Shown in pieces: positions 40,869 through 64,000 of a DNA stretch of 64,000 nt. Made by a program: the position numbers and the translations under genes. The notes under the pieces were generated by a model, which searched no databases, was not told the DNA's origin, and was given only the letters and a program-made list of their open reading frames with translations. Origin of the DNA: Amoebidium appalachense (Eukaryota; Protista; Ichthyosporea). Every line of letters starts with the position of its first letter. Positions within the stretch are counted from its first letter, which is position 1. The stretch is from positions 585,468-649,467 of the forward strand of contig CAVNZM010000003.1 in assembly GCA_963693365.1 (NCBI GenBank). The letters are read 5' to 3'.

Positions 40869-41145
40869 CATCTCTCTCTCCCCCCCCCCCCCCCCCCCCT
40901 TTCTCTCTATTTGGTAAGTGAAGTGTGTGTGCACGCCGGCGGGCACAGAATGTGCATGCACATGCATGCGTGTGTGCATGCATACATGTGCACCCATGTG
41001 CGGTGCGCGCACGTGCAGGAAACACGTGGGCGTGTGTGCGTGCACGGGTGTTTTTCCTTGCGCACTTGTTATGTACATATATACCTCCGCACATGCTTAT
41101 GTATGTATAGGTGTAAGTGGGGGGGTGGGAAGGGGGGGAGAGGGG

Positions 41146-41369
<224 letters not shown>

Positions 41370-41381
41370 GAGCATACATAC

Positions 41382-56481
<15,100 letters not shown>

Positions 56482-57326
56482 GGTGCTTCTGGCAGCTGAC
56501 AGGGACGGCCAGCTCAGTTTGACGGTCAGAATCTAGGCTACAGTTGATATTCTAAAATTATTGTCAAATCAAAACATGGCCACTTTCACCGGCAGCTCGT
56601 AGTACTTGCTCCGGCTTTGGGATAACAGTACTGAAGTTTTTTCTTCAAAAGCCTTTTATTTTCTTTCACAGTTCGTAGTGCTTTGCAAACTGGGCCAAAA
56701 CAGAAATTGACAACAGGCTGACAACCTGTACGCAAGCATGTATACAGCTGCAGTAAACTTTGGGAAAAACATGGAGAGTTTTTTTTTTTGGCACACCTAT
56801 ACTGTAGGTTTCTTTTTATTGCGTGGACACTGCCGGGGGCCCCGCCACACTCGACGACTACTGCGTTTTCCAGCGCAGCCAATCAAATGCAGCTAGGTGA
56901 CATACATACATGCTACGGCATCGTAGTATACGACGCCCCCTATTACATATTATGGGGAGGCTAGCATCGGTAGCTCCGAAAGAAAGTTAAGACACCGCCG
57001 GATCACAATATCATACTGTGCAGCATCAATGTGATCTAGGATAGTCATTTTATACTTAGCTTGATTCATCAAGCACTATTTAGAGTGTATTCTAGGGCAA
57101 TCATTGGTTGAAATAGTGTTTCTAACAATGATAGCCCATTGGGTGAGCTACTTTGGTATATAAGGAGCGAACTCCTACTAGTCGTTAGCTCATTTCCCAA
57201 CGTCGCACCCACTTCATGCGACGTTTTTGGCGAGAGCTCGGTTTAGGTTGCAGTCCCCTTCGCACACTTAGATCTAAGTAAGCTACGGTAGGTGGCAGAA
57301 CTTGTCACCCTAATTCCTCGCCTAGC

Positions 57327-58070
57327 ATGGAGAACGCCGCCTTCAACCTGTATAGCGCCGAGGTTCGCAGGCTCTTTCCGGCTGATAACCACAACAAGGA
57401 GGAGTCGGACGAGCAGCGGTGTGAGCGCCTTCGGCAAACTTGGAACCCGCAGCAAAACGTGCTACGACTCACCCGCGGCGAGTTCGTGGAGTCGCACGCG
57501 TCTCTACAAGCCGTCGAGCATTTTGTGGTTGACGGGCGTTTCCCATTTGGCCCACGGCCCTTGTCGTCAGACGGATTGTTCCCTGGGGGAGACCTCCCCA
57601 AGCCCATCAAGGAGGAGGCTGAACAGTGGATAGGGCTGGTCAACGCGGGTGTGCAGGCGCTCAATTTGGTTGCTGCACTACCCAAGCTAGCCAACGAGTC
57701 GGCGGACGCCTTTGCGGCCCGTCAGCTTACCCTGCTCCGCGAGCTCGTCGTCGACCTCATCAGTTACGGCGGCGACAGACTCCAGCTGTTGTACATTCGG
57801 CGCGCGGAGGGTCACGCAGTTGCAGAGGTCGCCCGCGCCCAAATTGAGAAGACGTACAACCCCAAGTACGGCGCCAAGTGGTCCAAGGCTGTTGCGCACG
57901 CAAAACAGAAGGAGCGCGAATCCGAGCTGGTTCGCGCATCGGCCAACAAGCAAGCTAGCGAGGGCGGGCCCGCGGGCCCCTACACGCACGAGGGCGGCCG
58001 CGGAGGCTACCCCAACCCCAACAGGACGGCACCAAGCGGCGGTCACTCTACCGGCGCTCCGCGCCAGTAG
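57327..58070 (+). CDS. Intronless 247-aa ORF, probable Gag-like ORF1 of a tyrosine-recombinase (DIRS/Ngaro-like) retroelement remnant
   Basis: GC-rich, intronless, predicted helical with a basic Gly/Arg-rich tail; TATATAA about 155 bp upstream; followed by a recombinase-like fragment. Assignment is inference. Confidence 0.45.
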   Translation: MENAAFNLYSAEVRRLFPADNHNKEESDEQRCERLRQTWNPQQNVLRLTRGEFVESHASLQAVEHFVVDGRFPFGPRPLSSDGLFPGGDLPKPIKEEAEQWIGLVNAGVQALNLVAALPKLANESADAFAARQLTLLRELVVDLISYGGDRLQLLYIRRAEGHAVAEVARAQIEKTYNPKYGAKWSKAVAHAKQKERESELVRASANKQASEGGPAGPYTHEGGRGGYPNPNRTAPSGGHSTGAPRQ

Positions 58071-58125
58071 AGGTCCCTTCGCCTTCCTTCTCCCAGCGGC
58101 GTACGCTGGGCACTGTACCATAGCG

Positions 58126-58243
58126 CAGCAATATTCCCCAAAAATTTGGTTTACTTTGAGTTACACTGTTCTACCGTATTGAAATACAGCAATATTCCCC
58201 AAAAATTTGGTTTACTTTGAGTTACACTGTTCTACCGTATTGA
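58126..58243. repeat. 57-bp perfect tandem duplication (period 61)
   Basis: CAGCAATATTCCCCAAAAATTTGGTTTACTTTGAGTTACACTGTTCTACCGTATTGA occurs twice. Confidence 0.9.
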
Positions 58244-58288
58244 GTTTCCACGTTCTTCCATTCGTTGTTTATTAGGTCGCTGCGGAAA

Positions 58289-58618
58289 ATGCCCCTCTGG
58301 GCCTTGAACTTCGCCACCGCGGCGGGGGACACTGTCCCGGTAGTTTCTGCACCTGCCCCTTCCCCAGCACCCGCGGAGCCGCCAAGGCCGGTGATTATTT
58401 TGCCCGATCAAGAAGGTGGTGTGGGCGGCCCAGCTGCGGGGCCCCCTCCCACTGTGGATGTACAACCCGCGGCGACGGGGCGTGTTTATGTTTCTCCCAT
58501 CGGCGACTTTGGTGCGTGGCGTGCGGCTGTGGTCCAATCTATGCCCTCAACCCTCCGGGCAAATGTTGATGTTTTGATCAGCAACACCCTTGCCGCCACC
58601 ACCTGGGAGCGCTACTGA
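58289..58618 (+). pseudogene. Possible truncated N-terminus of a DIRS/Ngaro-type tyrosine recombinase
   Basis: Ends VDVLISNTLAATTWERY*, resembling the LAxSTxxxY start of the core-binding domain of these recombinases; no catalytic domain present. Confidence 0.4.
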
Positions 58619-58828
58619 CATACTAATCCGTCTCAGCAGATTAGCCTAAGTCTACGATCGAGATCGGGGGGGGGGGGGGGGGGGGGGGGGTGGCCCGGGT
58701 CCACAGATCATCAAGATCAAGTCCGGGGCCTCAAGATAGCTGTACAGCTGCGTGCATCTTGCCTCTGCCGGCGCAGTGCATTGGACCACGTCAGCCGGGA
58801 CAGCCGACCAATAGAATTCTAATTAGTG

Positions 58829-61814
58829 TGTAGGATAGATCGTAGGAGGACTTAGGAATGTGATTGTTCGGGCAGAAGCCCTTTTGTAAGTATTGGCAAG
58901 GTTTGATAGTGTATGTTGCCAAACGTATTTATATATTTAGATGTAGAGGAAAGGGGGGGAGGGAGGGGGGGGGAGGATAGTATGAAATGTAGATTTAGAC
59001 TCTGCGGTGCCACTAGGGGGAGGGTGAGGGGTGAGACATGGATAAATATATTAGTTGAGTAGATCGACTTAGCTCGTGCAGGCGCACGATAAAAGTAGAT
59101 CGGAATGTTTGGAATGTGGCATCGTAGGGGGCCAGTGTTGGAAGTAGAGTCCGCTGTGACTAGGGTCGTCGTGGCGCGCTTGGGCGCTGACCCGTTTTTT
59201 ACTGCTTTCAGTGTGTTAACTCCATGACTGAACTCCATGACTGAACTCCATGACTGAACTCCATGACTGAACTCCATGACTGAACTCCATGACTGAACTC
59301 CATGACTGAACTCCATGACTGAACTCCATGACTGAACTCCATGACTGAACTCCATGACTTAACTCCATGACTGAACTCCATGACTGAACTCCATGACTGA
59401 ACTCCATGACTGACCTCCATGACTTAACTCCATCACTGAACTCCATGACTGAACTCCATTTCTGCACCTGGCAGAGCCGTGGTTTATATACCCGTGGGGC
59501 AGCAGTCTGGAATGTAATCCGGATGCCAGGCGCTAATCGGATTGGTTACTTTCATTTAGAGATCTCTGGGACCAGTGAACCAATCGTTTGCAGTCAAAAC
59601 ACAATTGGCAACATTCCTCAACTATGCAGATGTGCATGTGGTGATCGAGTGTCAGCGTGTGTCTGTGTACACGGAACCAATTGTAAAGCTAACATACACA
59701 TATTGTGGAGTGAGCGTAAGTCTGCACTCCAACACCCCTACCCAATTGGAGAAGTGTACACACCACTAGAGAAGAGAGAGTGAGTGTGGCTGCTTGCAGG
59801 GTAGACCGGGGTGTGCATTCCACTGTGGTGCGTGCCCCGCCAATGAAGTGGAATACTTGACGTTGATGTCGCAGGCTGCTGCGGATGGAGTTTGTGGAAG
59901 CGAAAGTCTCTAATGAAGTTAGAGGCCGCGGTGTCGTGTCTGGGCCCATAACCCTGTTGGAAGTAGAGTCCGCTGTGACTAGGGTCGTCGTGGCGCGCTT
60001 GGGCGCTGACCCGTTTTTTACTGCTTTCAGTGTGTTAACTCCATGACTGAACTCCATGACTGAACTCCATTTCTGCACCTGGCAGAGCCGTGGTTTATAT
60101 ACCCGTGGGGCAGCAGTCTGGAATGTAATCCGGATGCCAGGCGCTAATCGGATTGGTTACTTTCATTTAGAGATCTCTGGGACCAGTGAACCAATCGTTT
60201 GCAGTCAAAACACAATTGGCAACATTCCTCAACTATGCAGATGTGCATGTGGTGATCGAGTGTCAGCGTGTGTCTGTGTACACGGAACCAATTGTAAAGC
60301 TAACATACACATATTGTGGAGTGAGCGTAAGTCTGCACTCCAACACCCCTACCCAATTGGAGAAGTGTACACACCACTAGAGAAGAGAGAGTGAGTGTGG
60401 CTGCTTGCAGGGTAGACCGGGGTGTGCATTCCACTGTGGTGCGTGCCCCGCCAATGAAGTGGAATACTTGACGTTGATGTCGCAGGCTGCTGCGGATGGA
60501 GTTTGTGGAAGCGAAAGTCTCTAATGAAGTTAGAGGCCGCGGTGTCGTGTCTGGGCCCATAACCCTGTTGGAAGTAGAGTCCGCTGTGACTAGGGTCGTC
60601 GTGGCGCGCTTGGGCGCTGACCCGTTTTTTACTGCTTTCAGTGTGTTAACTCCATGACTGAACTCCATGACTGACCTCCATGACTTAACTCCATCACTGA
60701 ACTCCATGACTGAACTCCATTTCTGCACCTGGCAGAGCCGTGGTTTATATACCCGTGGGGCAGCAGTCTGGAATGTAATCCGGATGCCAGGCGCTAATCG
60801 GATTGGTTACTTTCATTTAGAGATCTCTGGGACCAGTGAACCAATCGTTTGCAGTCAAAACACAATTGGCAACATTCCTCAACTATGCAGATGTGCATGT
60901 GGTGATCGAGTGTCAGCGTGTGTCTGTGTACACGGAACCAATTGTAAAGCTAACATACACATATTGTGGAGTGAGCGTAAGTCTGCACTCCAACACCCCT
61001 ACCCAATTGGAGAAGTGTACACACCACTAGAGAAGAGAGAGTGAGTGTGGCTGCTTGCAGGGTAGACCGGGGTGTGCATTCCACTGTGGTGCGTGCCCCG
61101 CCAATGAAGTGGAATACTTGACGTTGATGTCGCAGGCTGCTGCGGATGGAGTTTGTGGAAGCGAAAGTCTCTAATGAAGTTAGAGGCCGCGGTGTCGTGT
61201 CTGGGCCCATAATCCTGTTGGAAGTAGAGTCCGCTGTGACTAGGGTCGTCGTGGCGCGCTTGGGCGCTGACCCGTTTTTTTACTGCTTTCAGTGTGTTAA
61301 CTCCATGACTGAACTCCATGACTGAACTCCATTTCTGCACCTGGCAGAGCCGTGGTTTATATACCCGTGGGGCAGCAGTCTGGAATGTAATCCGGATGCC
61401 AGGCGCTAATCGGATTGGTTACTTTCATTTAGAGATCTCTGGGACCAGTGAACCAATCGTTTGCAGTCAAAACACAATTGGCAACATTCCTCAACTATGC
61501 AGATGTGCATGTGGTGATCGAGTGTCAGCGTGTGTCTGTGTACACGGAACCAATTGTAAAGCTAACATACACATATTGTGGAGTGAGCGTAAGTCTGCAC
61601 TCCAACAGCCAGGTGATGATGATCTTTGAGGGCACGGCCTTGATGGCCTCAGTTGTAACTTAGTCTCATTCCGTACGGATCTAAGTTTGCCCGTCGGAGC
61701 CTGGTCTGAATAAACTTTACCGTTTTTCCGTACACGTTCGTTCCTTTTCGTGTGTGTACACTTAGTAGAGTGCCGCGTCTCTAGTACATATACATTAGGT
61801 TACGACAAGCTACA
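58829..61814 (+). mobile_element. Probable 5' LTR (about 510 bp net) of a Ty3/Gypsy element, interrupted by the TRIM array
   Basis: TGTAG (58829) ... CTACA (61814) termini, internal AATAAA near 61709, followed by gag/protease remnants; boundaries are tentative. Confidence 0.5.
59136..61607 (-). mobile_element. Tandem-array TRIM: four LTRs (59136-59734, 59955-60345, 60566-60995, 61216-61607) and three 220-bp internal domains
   Basis: Each LTR is bounded by TGTTGGA...TCCAACA; the minus-strand internal domain starts with the copia-type PBS GGTTATGGGCCCAG and ends with PPT GGGTAGGGG; 5-bp TSD GCCAG (59131-59135 and 61608-61612). Confidence 0.93.
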
Positions 61815-61970
61815 CCTTTCTTTTAGTGCGGTTTCTCGCGCTAGGGTAACGCGGTGACAGTTCCTTCTGGGCTGTTGCTACACCTCAAACACACAGAAAA
61901 AAAAAACAAAAAACAAAAAAAAACATAAACACAACCACTGTGGCACACGAGTTCGGGCACACACCACACA

Positions 61971-63545
61971 ATGGCTAAGTTTAACGTAGACATGTTCTAC
62001 GCATTGGCAGCGGAGGATAGCTCCCTGCACACACAGGTACCACAGGTTCATACACTAGACGTTAGACAGACCACAGCTTTTAGTTTACACTCAAACACCA
62101 GCGGTCGTGGGCGTGGTGGACGTAGCGGACAGCAGCAGTTCGACGAGGGGCATCGTCGTGGGTCCTCAAGACAGCGTCGAGGTGGTATGGCATGAATGTT
62201 TGTGGGGTGACTCTACCAAAGGTATGAATGGTGTGAATGTTTTGTGGTTGGGGGAGGTTCCCCAGCCACAAGTGGATGGTCTCAGTGTTTCTTGTCCCAA
62301 CCCGGTGTTTGTTCTAACCACACCGGAGGGGGTTTCTGTGCCATTGTTCCCGGGAGGGGGGGGGACACACACGAGTAAAGGGGGAAGGGGGGGGCAGGCA
62401 CAGACACGTAGAAACACACCACCACAACAACATACGACGGTTGCAGACACACCTACACCCACACCGTGACACACACCCACACATACACCAAACACACACA
62501 CACCACCCACCCACACACCACACACACACACTCCACCACCACCCACATCACATACACACCCCACCCCACCCGTGCAGGCACCCCAGGTAGGTATGTTGCA
62601 CGTAGGTATCGAGGGTGTGAGTCTTCGTGGGCAGGGTCTGGGTGTGAGTGATGATGTGTTGCTTGAATTGGAGGAGGATTTAGTTGGTTTTAGCCGGCAT
62701 TATATAGACGTATGGTTAGCTGATGGTAAGTTGAAGGCTATTGCTTTGCTCGATGGAGGGGCTCAGGTTAATTGTGTGCATGCTTCGTTTATTCGTCGTT
62801 TTGATCAGGCCGGGGGGGAAATTCCTATTTTAGATGCCTCTAGCACAGCCTTAGGTAGTGTTAGTAATAATAGCAGTATGTCTGTTGAAGGTGTTTGTGT
62901 GTTGCCGTGTGAGATAGGTGGCCAGGCTATGCATATTGCTTGTTATGTGGTGAAGGATTTAGCTCAAAGTGTTTTGTTGGGAGCCCCATTTTCCATAGAC
63001 ATGTGAATGCTTTGTTTGAACGTACGAATGTTTTAGAATTGCAGTCCGGCGTTAAAATTAAAACCCATGATGGGCTCGACGGTTATCAGTCTGGTGCTAG
63101 AACGGTAGCTGAAGTAGTAATCGAGCCTTATCAGTGCCAAACGGTACGTGTCCGGGCCGGCAATCATGACGTTAGGATAGGGGATTTAGGGGTTTTTACT
63201 CCGAAAACCCCATTTCAGGAAGTGGCCCAATGGACCCTTAGTAGGGTATGGCCGGATAAGACAATAGAAATAGAATTAGTGAATCCGGGCATCGAGCCTA
63301 TAGTGATTAGGTCAGGTGTTTCCGTCGGTAGTTTCACTAATGAGATTGGTAGTATAGAGGTCTCTCTTATTACCCAAAAGGAGGATGCCGGCTCGAAGGG
63401 TGACTCAGGAGGAGGGGGAACAACTTTATTTAACGTTAGCCACCAAAATGTCACCCGACACGATGGGGGGGGGGACCGGGACAGCACCGGTCCCACTCCC
63501 CCGACCCCCATCAGCAAACTTCATCCGGCATCCGAAACCCATTAA
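61971..63545 (+). pseudogene. Decayed Ty3/Gypsy gag-pol fragment: gag remnant, retropepsin protease and post-protease beta-rich region; truncated before RT
   Basis: IALLDGGAQVNCVH...CYVVKDLAQSVLLGAPF retroviral-type aspartic protease (62572-63006), frameshift near 63000, then IELVNPGIEPIVIRSGVSVG; stops and frameshifts in gag. Confidence 0.8.
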
Positions 63546-64000
63546 AACCCCATTAAAGATATCATAAACCCATAAACCCATCTTTTTGCCACTCTTTATC
63601 CCCCTCTTGTCTTTTAGATAACATAACAGCATCGTTTTGCTATCACGGATTTTCTGGATATCATTTTGGTATCTTTTGCTAGATATCTAAATGATCTCAT
63701 AATGGGCTCATACGGAGCACCCTGAACCCATCGTTGTTCTATCCTGTATTCCATGTATTCAACAACCTCGTTATATCCGTATGATACCATTATGATAGTC
63801 TATTTGATATCATAAAATGTTTTTAGTCTGATGTTCAGAAGCGTTTTAGACATAATAAAGATATCTCTAAGAGCGGATTAGGAGCCCTTCACCATATCCT
63901 TATGGTAGCTATCACATATCCTTACGATATATATGATAATCGATCATAAGATACATATATATCTATATGCGAACTCTCGTAAAACACCCGAGCTCCGCCA

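Noticed and set aside
59208-61663. Repeated ORFs (MEFSHGVQSWSSV..., MTELHFCTWQ...)
   Set aside because: By-products of the 13-bp repeat and the non-coding TRIM LTRs.
63546-64000. AT-rich sequence with recurring GATATC/GATA motifs truncating the Gypsy remnant
   Set aside because: Probably another repeat, but no terminus, period or coding signal can be defined before the window ends.

Overview
Eukaryotic genomic DNA, very rich in (CA)n, (GA)n and poly-C/poly-G tracts; almost all long ORFs in the supplied track are microsatellite translations. By hand-splicing phase-compatible GT-AG exons I reconstructed four intron-containing host genes: (1) a secreted, probably GPI-anchored Cys-rich protein (1248-3699, -); (2) a divergent T-box transcription factor with a C-terminal eh1-like motif (12852-17512, +); (3) a RING/TRAF-zinc-finger/coiled-coil/C2H2/double-PHD protein (24234-37646, +); (4) a multi-PAS protein (about 41382-56481, -, 3' end unresolved). 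A divergent T-box gene plus a fungal-like PAS gene suggests a non-animal opisthokont, perhaps an ichthyosporean; this is inference only. Mobile DNA: a full-length 4.8-kb APE+RT non-LTR retrotransposon with a 13-bp TSD and two 5'-truncated copies, a poly-C-associated interspersed repeat family, a foldback element, a probable deleted tyrosine-recombinase retroelement, and a tandem-array TRIM nested in the LTR of a decayed Ty3/Gypsy element. Most notable: the LINE 3'UTR carries a segment complementary to its own ORF1/ORF2 junction about 3.2 kb away, exactly where ORF2 needs a -1 frame change, and the element ends in GTAAAC(C)n rather than poly(A). Many introns also have (CA)n directly abutting the acceptor CAG in place of a polypyrimidine tract. 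Gene models are predictions without transcript evidence, and homopolymer lengths may contain assembly errors.
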